Assembly: GCA_963804165.1 (NCBI GenBank)
Contig: CAWDPO010000024.1
Location: 96,001-160,000 of the forward strand
Length of the DNA stretch: 64,000 nt
Reading direction: 5' to 3'
Source: an uncultured delta proteobacterium
Lineage (GTDB): Bacteria > Desulfobacterota > Binatia > UBA9968
Part shown: one piece after another, positions 21,924 to 30,837 of the stretch
Layout: the number at the start of each line of letters is the position of its first letter
Position numbering within the stretch: position 1 is the stretch's first letter
Made by a program: the position numbers and the translations under genes
Notes under the pieces: model-generated
What the model was told of the DNA's origin: nothing
Seen by the model: only the letters and a program-made list of their open reading frames with translations
The model's database searches: none

Positions 21924-22349
21924 TCAAGGCGGAAATTTTAAGACCTCTGCCAATTCTTGCAAATCTACGGGCTTGGTCAAATAACGGCTGGCCCCTTTGT
22001 CAAATGCTTGTTTGATGGAACTCACCGTCGGGTACGCCGTCATCATGACGACTTTAACTCCGGGGGATTGATCGTTCACTTGCTCCAACAGAGATAAACC
22101 GTCCCGGCCGCCAAGCTTGATGTCGAGTAAAACGATATTAATAGAGCGTTCTTGCAAGATCCCATAGGCTTCATCGGCGCTCGATGCCGTGTAGACGTCG
22201 TAGCCCTGCTGCGTCAGATACCATTTAAGGAGAGTTAGAAAATTCTCTTCATCATCGACGACTAAAATCGCCTGGCGAACCGACGCTGGGGAAACTTGGG
22301 CACGATCCGCGGATGCCATTCCGCTCGCCGTGAATTTAGTCTTTTCCAT
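21924..22349 (-). CDS. Single-domain response regulator (receiver only)
   Basis: ILVVDDE, LLDIKL (phospho-Asp), MMTAY, YLTKP; no output domain. Confidence 0.9.
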   Translation of the reverse strand: MEKTKFTASGMASADRAQVSPASVRQAILVVDDEENFLTLLKWYLTQQGYDVYTASSADEAYGILQERSINIVLLDIKLGGRDGLSLLEQVNDQSPGVKVVMMTAYPTVSSIKQAFDKGASRYLTKPVDLQELAEVLKFPP

Positions 22350-22768
22350 GGCCTCAGTCGCTCATGTTACTCTATGAGCCAAAACAATTGGTGGGCTGAG
22401 ATTGCCTCAAGCCGCATCGTGATTCTCTTCGGTAACAACCTTAGTGCGACGGCTAGTGGCCTCTATCCAGTCTTAAATTAAATGTGAGCATTAATTATAC
22501 CAAAGTTCCTCCTCGCGAAAATCGCAGTGAACTCAAGCACTTGGCGCTGTTACGGCTTGTCACAGCTAGAGCTTGTAGGAATTTTGCCGACGAAAATAGC
22601 CGAGTTTATCAAACACGGCGTCGCAAACAAAAGTTTTCGAAGTGAGTGGCTGAACTCGAGCGAGTAATGAATCGTCAAAAAAGAAGAATTTCATGGCCGC
22701 CGTTCTCTGCAACAGAGGAGAGAACGTGGATTTCGTCTCGTCACAATGGCGGAAAGTGGATAGTTCTA

Positions 22769-23587
22769 TTAGTGCGAGCCTTCCCCCGCCGCTGTCCAAT
22801 CCGCCACTTGCTCCGCAGTCATGGACCCGAATGGTAGCTCGCGCGCGTCTTGGTAACCCCAATTCTCAACGTCGATACGGTACTGAGTTCTAGAAAGAAG
22901 TGTGCCGCGACACACGCGATTTCGCGATAGGGGTTCCCCCTTCTCGGCCTGCAACCGTGCTATCAACTCGTCCATAACCCACGAGGGCACCGCCAGCAAT
23001 CGTTCCGAAGGATAGATAAAGTCAAAAAGCACCAGATGACTGAAAAGCATCTGCCAAGTGTCCTCGAAGCGCCGAAGCAGCCGGTGCCAATCTAACTGTT
23101 TTCCTCGAGCTCGAATAATATGAGCGATGTCTGCGCCGTCAAAGCGCTCCCGTTCCATGACGAAGGCTTTGGTCCAGATCAATTCCTCCGGCGGGCAAAA
23201 TTTTATCGTCACTCCAAGAATTTCCCCTGCGACACTATGTTCAAACCAGCCGTCATCGACGGCGCAAACGCCATTGCCCGAGCTGAAGATGACATCGATA
23301 AAATATTTTCCGTCGATGACTTTGCCGAGCCAATGCGGAAAACAAAGCTCGGTCTTATAACCCCTGTCGGCAAACATTTTTAGAATATCCGGCGCATCGG
23401 TCGGTCTCACGAAGAGATCCAGATCCTTGGTGTCACGCACCATTCCTGCGTATCGTTCCAGCGCGTGTCCGCCTCCGACGAGATAGGAAAACTGACCCTC
23501 ATTGAGCTCGTCGAGCACGTCTCGATAGAATTTATATGGGTTGTCCGTGAAGGTTGACGACTGCCGAGCCAACAAGCTTTTCATCAC
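22769..23587 (-). CDS. Nucleotidyltransferase family protein (pol-beta superfamily)
   Basis: YLVGGGHAL...RDTKDLDLFV signature, third acidic residue in FIDVIF; WTKAFVMERERFDGADI; GGAG RBS 5 bp after the upstream gene stop. Confidence 0.8.
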   Translation of the reverse strand: MMKSLLARQSSTFTDNPYKFYRDVLDELNEGQFSYLVGGGHALERYAGMVRDTKDLDLFVRPTDAPDILKMFADRGYKTELCFPHWLGKVIDGKYFIDVIFSSGNGVCAVDDGWFEHSVAGEILGVTIKFCPPEELIWTKAFVMERERFDGADIAHIIRARGKQLDWHRLLRRFEDTWQMLFSHLVLFDFIYPSERLLAVPSWVMDELIARLQAEKGEPLSRNRVCRGTLLSRTQYRIDVENWGYQDARELPFGSMTAEQVADWTAAGEGSH

Positions 23588-23592
23588 TTCTC

Positions 23593-24312
23593 CTAAGCTT
23601 CCGGAATCTCGATGACTTTAAAAGGAGGTTGGTTTGGATAAACGTTGTGTAAAAGCTTCATGGCGACGTTGTAAACGGGCACGCCGTTCTTCGTGCTCCC
23701 TTCGGGAGCGCCATGGTGGGCATGACCATGGAACACCGCGGTCACGGGGTAGCGATTGAGCGGCTCTTCAAGGCGGCTCGATCCCAGGAACGGAAAGATT
23801 TCCGGGGGCTCACCCAACACCGTCGCCTGAATCGGCGAATAGTGCAGCAACACGATGCGTTTCTCCGACCGCAACCTGGCCAGCGCGGATTCTAATTTAA
23901 GCGCTTCATGAATGGCCTCGTGCACGAAGCTTTTGATAATGTCTTCTCCCCACGGTCCAAGAGCGCGCTCGCCGAATCCGCCGGCGAAACCTTTGACGCC
24001 GACGAAGCCGATCCCTTGGACCTCGCGTGCGTCCCCGTCCAGGACCATCACACCGGCATCCGAGAAGATTTTTTTGACTTCGTCTTGCTTGCCGCTTTCA
24101 AACTCATGGTTTCCGAGCACGGCCAAACTGGGAATTTTTAGGCTGCTTATTTCCTTTGCCAAGACGACCGCTTCCTCGGGTAAACCATAATCGACAAGAT
24201 CGCCGCAGAGCAGGAGCAGGTCGGCGCTCCGGGCAATTTCCGCAAAGAGCGGGCGCATCGCTTCATAGGAAGAAGTGTTGCAGTGAATATCTCCGATCGC
24301 GGCAATGCGCAT
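23593..24312 (-). CDS. Metallophosphoesterase (calcineurin-like/Icc family)
   Basis: GDIH, GDLVD, GNHE, LLHY and HGHAH motifs all present. Confidence 0.9.
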   Translation of the reverse strand: MRIAAIGDIHCNTSSYEAMRPLFAEIARSADLLLLCGDLVDYGLPEEAVVLAKEISSLKIPSLAVLGNHEFESGKQDEVKKIFSDAGVMVLDGDAREVQGIGFVGVKGFAGGFGERALGPWGEDIIKSFVHEAIHEALKLESALARLRSEKRIVLLHYSPIQATVLGEPPEIFPFLGSSRLEEPLNRYPVTAVFHGHAHHGAPEGSTKNGVPVYNVAMKLLHNVYPNQPPFKVIEIPEA

Positions 24313-24431
24313 GGCTTTCTTTCAGATCGCAGGCACCCATCGGTGCGGCACGAATCCATGGCAGACGTTGGTGGATGGCATGCCGATACTCGGTGTCTTT
24401 GGCATTTCTCGCTTAGTACGAAAACTTTCAG

Positions 24432-24830
24432 TTAAGAATTTCTTCGCTCTTCTTCGACTCGTTGGAGAACCTTCTTGCGCAACGCCTCATTACCGTTGAC
24501 CGTGGTGAAGATCCGGTTGTAACGCTCAGCGGTCAGCCCGTGCGTGTCCAAAGATTGTTTAACCTTGGTATTGGCTTCCTGCTCAATCTGCTTCTTGCGC
24601 TCGGCACTGCTCGCCTTCTCGAGGGCGGGCCCGTAGTTGTGACGAATCTTCTGGTAATCCACGTAGGCTTTGACAAATGCCGTCAACTCTTGATCGCTAA
24701 CTGTCGTCGATCCCCTGGTCGTTCCTGGTTGTTTGGTTTCAGCGGCAGGCGCGACACCGGTTCCCGAGAACGCGCAGACCGCCAGCAATGCGATCACGAT
24801 AGGCGCAGACAAATTCTGTCTCATCGGCAT
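24432..24830 (-). CDS. Secreted DUF4168-like helical protein
   Basis: AAGGAG RBS, signal peptide, VSDQELTAFVKAY...GLTAERYNRI pattern typical of DUF4168. Confidence 0.7.
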   Translation of the reverse strand: MPMRQNLSAPIVIALLAVCAFSGTGVAPAAETKQPGTTRGSTTVSDQELTAFVKAYVDYQKIRHNYGPALEKASSAERKKQIEQEANTKVKQSLDTHGLTAERYNRIFTTVNGNEALRKKVLQRVEEERRNS

Positions 24831-24863
24831 TCTCCTTTCTTATTTGCTCTCATGTTTGTGTGT

Positions 24864-25202
24864 TCATCTTGGTAGATCGCCTCGCAACCGTTCATTTTCT
24901 CGCCGAAGCCGTTCGAGTTCGGCCTGGTTACGATCGATCTGGCGCTGTTGTTCGTCTTGCCTGGTCCCCTGATGCATCAGCTGATCGCCGATTAAAGCGC
25001 CGGCAATGAGACCCACGGGTCCGCCGATCAACGCACCCACGGCGGCGTGACCGACCGTGCTGCCAATGATCGCGCCGCTACCGGCTCCCAGCCCCGCGCC
25101 GATCAGACCGCCTTGTTCACGAGTCGTGATCGGAGAACTGCACGCGGACATGAATAAGCCCGCAAGCACGAGCGCAATCGCTAGTCGATGCATTTGACCC
25201 AT
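24864..25202 (-). CDS. Glycine-zipper lipoprotein
   Basis: GGAGG RBS before ATG 25202; lipobox MSAC; GGLIGAGLGAGSGAIIG..GALIGG..GALIG zipper; C-terminal coiled coil. Confidence 0.8.
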   Translation of the reverse strand: MGQMHRLAIALVLAGLFMSACSSPITTREQGGLIGAGLGAGSGAIIGSTVGHAAVGALIGGPVGLIAGALIGDQLMHQGTRQDEQQRQIDRNQAELERLRRENERLRGDLPR

Positions 25203-25740
25203 GTTCTTATCCTCCATGTGTTTGCTTTCACGAACGGGACCATGAACGACAATACTTTTCATCGAGATTATCCATCCGGCACTTTTAGGACGCCGTGTAA
25301 GTTTCGCGCGGCAGCGACATCATCGGCGCGCCACGAGCGATAGACTAGCTTCTAGTGCCAGGTTTGCGAAGACGGGGCTAAATTGCCGAATAAGCCAGAG
25401 AGAAGAAATGCAGCCAGAAGATGAGCATCGATTTGGTGGTGGACCGATCGTTCACCTTCTTCAGTTAACGCGATAAACAGGTCTGCCAAATTAGTTTCAG
25501 GAAAATTGCCCTCGTCCATATCGTTGTCCTCCGCGATGCCTTTTGAAGATTACTCTAACGTTGGGTGGAGCAAGCCCCATGCCAGCAATTCCGTGGGGCC
25601 GGCTACTGATTACCAAGGAGATTCATGTCCGAACATGCCTGGGCTGGCTGCCGTGAAGGAGATACACATACGAAAGGGAAGCATTTTACTTCAGTTATAA
25701 GGGGCTGGTTTCTCGTGAATTACGACAATCGCGCGGCCAT

Positions 25741-26439
25741 CTAGCCAGCGTTTGCTTGGATCGTTGGGTTGATCTCCCAAGGGGGCGCTTCCAGATGCGC
25801 CAGGCGATTTTCCAGTGAACGTTGTACGGAGAGAACTTTCGTGGCGTATCCCAGGGGAAGTTTTTGCTTGGCGGCGATCTTTTTGCTGACCGAGGTCGGA
25901 CCCACATTATAGGCCGTCAGCGCGACCTTGAGATCGCCAAACATTTCTCTCATGTATCCTAGATAGGACGCGCCCACCTGCACGTTTACCGACGGGTCTT
26001 TGAGATTTAGCTTGCGGTTTTTTGCTTGCGGCGGAATTTTTCCTTCCTCGACCAATTCCGCCACGACAATCGGCTGCACCTGCATGAGACCCTGTGCGCC
26101 TTGCGGCGATACGGCTTTGTGATTGAATCCGCTTTCCACTTCGATCATCGCGAGAACCAGCATGGGATCGAGAGAATGCCTTTCGCTTTCTTGCGCAATG
26201 CTGCGCGCCAAACTCATCACGGAGTGCTCTCTCATTTGAAGGGCGCGCAACTCGAGCGTCGAGCGAATCTTCAACAAATGAAACTCCTTCATGCCTCGGG
26301 CCTGATCGCTCTCGCCAATTAATGGCGCGGGATTGAGCAAAAATAATACAAGAGTCGCTCCAAGCACTCCTCGCGACCATCGTCGAAAGAAACATCGATA
26401 GGAAACTGCGAATTCGGATTTTTCGATCCTTGGGCTCAT
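25741..26439 (-). CDS. Lytic transglycosylase (SLT domain)
   Basis: LVLAMIEVESGF (catalytic Glu), GAQGLMQV, ALTAYNVGP; N-terminal TM anchor; start uncertain. Confidence 0.88.
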   Translation of the reverse strand: MSPRIEKSEFAVSYRCFFRRWSRGVLGATLVLFLLNPAPLIGESDQARGMKEFHLLKIRSTLELRALQMREHSVMSLARSIAQESERHSLDPMLVLAMIEVESGFNHKAVSPQGAQGLMQVQPIVVAELVEEGKIPPQAKNRKLNLKDPSVNVQVGASYLGYMREMFGDLKVALTAYNVGPTSVSKKIAAKQKLPLGYATKVLSVQRSLENRLAHLEAPPWEINPTIQANAG

Positions 26440-26515
26440 GTGACACCTGAAGCAAGAAATATTTTGGATTTCCCCATCGCGCGATTGCCGTTGATGGAGT
26501 CGACACTGCCTAAGC

Positions 26516-26530
26516 GCAATTGCCATGCCC
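26516..26530 (-). promoter_or_regulatory. Candidate sigma54 (-24/-12) promoter upstream of the SLT gene
   Basis: Minus strand GGGCATGGCAATTGC = GG-N10-GC with TTGC. Confidence 0.45.
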
Positions 26531-26597
26531 AAAGACCGGTGTGGACAGAATGCTGAATTAAAAGGAGTTTCGGTTTTGCAGGAAGGAAAAAAACTCC

Positions 26598-26638
26598 GGT
26601 TTTTAGGTAATTTTTCCTATGTGAATAACCTAAAAACC
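26598..26638. repeat. Perfect 11-bp inverted repeat (possible terminator of the GAPDH-like gene or an operator)
   Basis: GGTTTTTAGGT-N19-ACCTAAAAACC; followed on the minus strand by GGAG and a T run. Confidence 0.55.
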
Positions 26639-26691
26639 AGCCAGATATGGGCGCGCACGCACGCGCGAAATGAGCTGCTGGATCGGCGAAG

Positions 26692-27760
26692 TTAAATTTC
26701 GCTAAAGAAGCACGAACCCAATACCGTGCACAATTTTCGCTTGTACGTCTCAGGATCGAGAAACCAGAGCGTGGCGGCAATGCTGCTCAATAGAGAGTTG
26801 CCGTCCTGCGGCGTGAAACACATGCCGATGACTTCGCGATCTCCGCGCATCGCGAGACTCTGGCTGACGATTACCGTTTGATTGAGGATGCGGCCAAAAA
26901 GGCCGTGGTCCCGTCCAAAGGAGAAAACCGAAGCCGAGGATTTCTTGCTAGTGAGAGCGATTTTTACGTTGGATTTGAGTCTGTGAATCACATCCTTCAA
27001 TGCTGTCGGACGGCGCAACATCATGTCGAAATGAATCGTGTGCATATACTGGGTGTTCAATTTCAAAGCCGACGAAAAGATATTCAGATTCAGGCCGAGG
27101 GTTTTGAAAAGCAAATGGGCGTCGCGCCCTTGGTGGGTGCCAAACCTCTTGTCCTCATGTTTTCCAACTTCCGGGGCGGGAAGAAATTGGCTCTCCTCGC
27201 TCAAGTCATTGGCGCGCCGCATACAGACAAATTTTCCTTCCTCCAGGTTGTCTTCCTTCTCAGGACCTAAGGCGATCGTATCGATCAACGCGGCCAAATT
27301 ATGCGTGTTGCAGCTGACCACCTGAATGAAACGGTCGTTACTCCGGTCCAACGCCTCATCGTTAATTCCGTACGCATACATTTTCCCAAATCCGAACTCG
27401 CTGCCTTGGGCTATAAAACCGCAGCCGTTGTGGGCATAGCGGTTGTAGTATTTTTCTTTATTTTCGTTTCCCACCGGGGGTGCAATCGATCACCACTTTG
27501 GCGCGCTCAAGAGCCTGCTCCGCCTCATAGCACGGCTCCATTTCCAACTCCTTGAAGCGCTGCCAGTTCATCGCATCCACGCAAAGTTTAACGCCGCGCC
27601 GAGTCAACGCCGCCACCTTGGAGCGGTCGGTCAGCAAAGGCGTGCGTTTGTGGAAGGTGATCTCGTCGATACCGAGTTGCTCCTGAAAGTTGGCCATCAA
27701 ACCGATGAGCGGCTCGCCAATGGTTCCGGTTCCGACGACGTGAACGACATTTTTGTGCAT
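26692..27760 (-). CDS. Type II (archaeal-like) glyceraldehyde-3-phosphate dehydrogenase-like protein, frameshift near 27475
   Basis: GGAGG RBS; VVGTGTIG Rossmann motif, VIDCTP, FIAQGSE, VVSCNTH (catalytic Cys), MRRAND, HQGRDA, match the archaeal GAPDH-II pattern rather than bacterial ASCTTN. Confidence 0.75.
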
Positions 27761-27926
27761 CCATCCTCCAACGGTCAATGAAATTGAAACTGAATCAGTG
27801 ACTAGCGTTCTGGAATCTAAGTCTTTAGAGTCATATCGGCGCCGGTATCCAGATCTCTTCGTAATTCCTAGATTCCACGTCGCCCCGGCCGTGAATTACG
27901 TTTGGCTTCGGGCCTAGCATGTTGCC

Positions 27927-28069
27927 AAATTCGAAATTCGAATATCGAAATCCGAAACAATTTCAAAGTTCAAAATACGAATTTCCGAAACTCAAATTCC
28001 GAATCGAGATATTGTTTCGAGCTTCGAATCCTTCGACATGGCTCAGGGCAGGTTTCGAGCTTCGGATTT
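27927..28069. repeat. Heptamer-based (AAATTCG-like) intergenic inverted-repeat element with a nested 23-bp REP-like insert
   Basis: Left arm aaattcg-aaattcg-aatatcg-aaatccg-aaac; right arm gtttcgagcttcgaat...tttcgagcttcggattt interrupted at 28030-28052 by ccttcgacatggctcagggcagg. Confidence 0.7.
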
Positions 28070-28100
28070 ACTTTTTATCCGTTTGCAGCCTTTGCGCCTG

Positions 28101-28468
28101 CTATGATTTTCCCCGTTCCTCTTCGATCAGCTTAAGCGCTTTCTCGCGCAGGCCGAGATCCGCGCTGACGATTTGATACAGGGCGTCGTAGCGCTGCGGC
28201 GTGAGTCCCTCTTTTGCGAGCGCTACGTCAAACTTTGCCACCGCCTGTTGATCGACTTTGCCTTTTTCTCGCGTCGTCTTCGCGACGCTCCACTTGGGCT
28301 CGTATTCGGCGCGGATCTCTTGAAACTTAACGTAGAGTTTCGTAAAAGCTTGCAATTCGCCGGCGCTGACCGCTTTTGGCGGAGCATCGACTGGCGCGCT
28401 TCGTTTTGACCGAGGCTCGGCGGTGTCGGCGCGAAGTAAAACACGGTGAGCGCCGATCCGAACAGCAA
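28101..28468 (-). CDS. Second DUF4168-like protein, probable frameshift near 28375
   Basis: ELQAFTKLYVKFQEIR...GLTPQRYDAL..LIEEERGKS aligns with the 24432-24830 protein; hydrophobic leader lies in another frame; start uncertain. Confidence 0.6.
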
Positions 28469-28524
28469 CGAAAGGGCCAGGATGGGCTGACCTCTCGAAC
28501 GGCGAACGAAGCTCGCTGCGGACT

Positions 28525-29202
28525 TTAGGACTGCTTTTTCGGCGTCACCGCCTCGAACTGTTTAGCTTTCATCTTTTGCATCAGGTCTTCGAACGACGAT
28601 TTGGCGATAACGCGATTGAATTGCGAGCGATAATTGTTGACGATGCTGATGTTCTCGATCACCACGTCGTAGATTTTCCAGTCGTTGCCCGACTGCAAGA
28701 GTCTATAATTGACGGAGAACTCTTCACTTTTTTTGGTGATGATCTTCGTGTCGACTTGGGCGTGCTCCTTATCCTCCTGCTTCTCGGACGTGATAGTTAC
28801 CTTTTCACCGTCATAGGAGGCCAGATTATCGGCGTACGAATTTTCGATAAGGTCAGTGAACAGTTTTACAAATTCCCGCTGTTCGTCGGGACTGCGACGC
28901 TGCCAATTGGCGCCCAGAGAACGCTTCGCCATCTCGGTAAAATCGAACTTTGGGAAGATGACTTTCCTCAGCTGATCCAAACGCTCTTTCTTCTTGGCTT
29001 CTGACTTAAAGTTCGGATCTTTCAGAGTTGCAGTGACCTTTTCGATCGCGTCTTGAATTTGCTCGCGAGGCGCTCCTGCAGTTGCGGACCCGGCGATCAT
29101 CAGCGCAAGCAGAGCACTCACCAGACTCGCGCCGATGCGGGCGGAGAAAAACCAGCGCGTATTTTTAGGAAAGTTTACAGTCAACATAAGATAAGACCTC
29201 AA
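28525..29202 (-). CDS. mlaC: MlaC/Ttg2D-family periplasmic phospholipid-binding protein
   Basis: Signal peptide; FDFTEMAKRSLG..W, EFVKLF, WKIYDVVIENISIVNNYRSQF. Confidence 0.88.
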   Translation of the reverse strand: MRSYLMLTVNFPKNTRWFFSARIGASLVSALLALMIAGSATAGAPREQIQDAIEKVTATLKDPNFKSEAKKKERLDQLRKVIFPKFDFTEMAKRSLGANWQRRSPDEQREFVKLFTDLIENSYADNLASYDGEKVTITSEKQEDKEHAQVDTKIITKKSEEFSVNYRLLQSGNDWKIYDVVIENISIVNNYRSQFNRVIAKSSFEDLMQKMKAKQFEAVTPKKQS

Positions 29203-29249
29203 AGTTTCGACAGTACACTTAAAAAGACTTTATTATCGGCTGCCAAGGA

Positions 29250-29266
29250 AGCAACGGTCGTGCCAC
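29250..29266 (-). promoter_or_regulatory. sigma54 (RpoN) -24/-12 promoter of mlaC
   Basis: Minus strand GTGGCACGACCGTTGCT, essentially the TGGCACG-N4-TTGCW consensus, about 50 bp upstream of the CDS. Confidence 0.75.
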
Positions 29267-29464
29267 ATTCCTGATTTGTTTGACTCCATTGAATTCAGGA
29301 CATTAGGTACCGCGTGAAACATCGTGCGCAAGACGTTGCAGGAATTTCCCTACAGCCGGAAGGCGTTTAACCTGTCAAGGCCGCGAGCTGAGATTGTTTT
29401 GACTTTGAGTCACGTCGACCGTTTACCTTAAGTGCCGAACACTAAAGTTCGGCGGCGGGGCAAC

Positions 29465-29498
29465 AAAAAAGCCCGGTCTGGGAAATTCCCAGCCGGGC
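29465..29498 (-). terminator. Rho-independent terminator
   Basis: Minus strand GCCCGGCTGGGAATTTCCCAGACCGGGC hairpin followed by TTTTTT. Confidence 0.7.
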
Positions 29499-30033
29499 CG
29501 TTGAGTAACAAAAACGAAAGTCTGATTACATGACTTCCAAATCAACCCGAATCTACGTCAGCGGCGCAATTCGTTGAGGCGTTGTTCACTCGAATCCCAT
29601 ACCAATAGCGAGGGTCTCGTGAAGGCCTGAGAGACTATCGCGACAAAGCGATCATCACTGCGATTCAAATATCCCATATGTCGGTTTCATAGGTCGACCA
29701 AAAATTGCCTGATTTCAGACAAAGTGGAATCGGGCTGATTAAAGGCAGGCGGCTACGGGCAAATCATCCGGTCAGAAAAACACCGCACCGGCTCGGCCGA
29801 TAACGATGGCTTGGAAAGAAAAAAACTGTAGGGACTTTAGATACCACAAAAGTTTTTGTATATTTTATTGGCGAACCTGGGCGTCGGTCTGCGCACGGCA
29901 GCCCTTAGTCACCTCTCGTGGTCGGCAAAGCCGAATTCACTACTCGCATGTTGTTCCGAGAGATTTAGAGGAAGCAAAAAAAAAGCGCGGTGAATTGTAG
30001 TCAATAATTTCCACGAGGAAAGGGGGTTGCCTT

Positions 30034-30252
30034 GTGACATTGCAACGCGGAACTGAGATGATTTGGTACGATACAGTCGGCGGAGTTCCGATTCGAGTCG
30101 GCATTCCGCACGATTTAACAGCGACAGAAGCTAAAGCTGTGCTTGAGGAGTTTGTTGGCTTTTTGGGTGAGCTCGCCAAGCTACCCCATGCGGACAAACT
30201 CACAATCGGGGAAGCCTACAAAATCGTAAGCAACAAAAATAAGGAGCACTAG
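30034..30252 (+). CDS. Small hypothetical protein
   Basis: Purine-rich RBS-like GAGGAAAGGGGG upstream; protein-like composition; no recognisable motif. Confidence 0.35.
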   Translation: MTLQRGTEMIWYDTVGGVPIRVGIPHDLTATEAKAVLEEFVGFLGELAKLPHADKLTIGEAYKIVSNKNKEH

Positions 30253-30837
30253 CCCTCACACTCCTTGCATACGATAACCTTGTTGAATGCGTTGTCCACC
30301 ATCTCTTTATCTCCGCCAACTCATCGAACCATTTGGCCGCACCGAAAGTCAAGAAAAATTCCCGTGAGACGCAAAAATCCAGGTGAAGACGCGTATTTGT
30401 ACAGCGAGTTTATGCCGTTGAGAAAGCGTTTAACCTGCCCAGCGAGCCTCGTTGTCCGTTGTCCGTACTCCGCGCGTTAGTGAACTTGGCCAACAGCTCT
30501 GTCCCGCAGGGTACAATCTTGTGAATTGACGGATTTTGTTTCAAGCGGCAAATCAAGGTAAGCCCGACCTCAGCTTAGGACACTGACGGAAAGTGGACGA
30601 CTCGAATGAATCACTAAAAGGTATTACCACGATTGCCATCTGAATCTGAGAAGATGGTATGGCCGTTGCGTTCTATCCACCTAGATGAATACTCGCTTGA
30701 AACTGGCCGTCGAGAGTCTGATGATGATCATGCTCCCCTATGGCATGGGCTTTCTGCCAACTGTCTCCATAATGACCGCAATGGCCTCGACAGCTTGTTT
30801 GTGGACAACAAAACACCTGACGCTCGTGGTTTGACCT

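Noticed and set aside
22769-23587. CBASS/CD-NTase or AbiEii toxin call for the nucleotidyltransferase
   Set aside because: No Cap effector or AbiEi-type antitoxin is adjacent; the motifs support only a generic NTase.
27927-28069. CRISPR array or coding ORFs (27902-28135, 27919-28176) in the repeat region
   Set aside because: No constant repeat with unique spacers and no cas genes; the ORFs are translations of the heptamer repeat.
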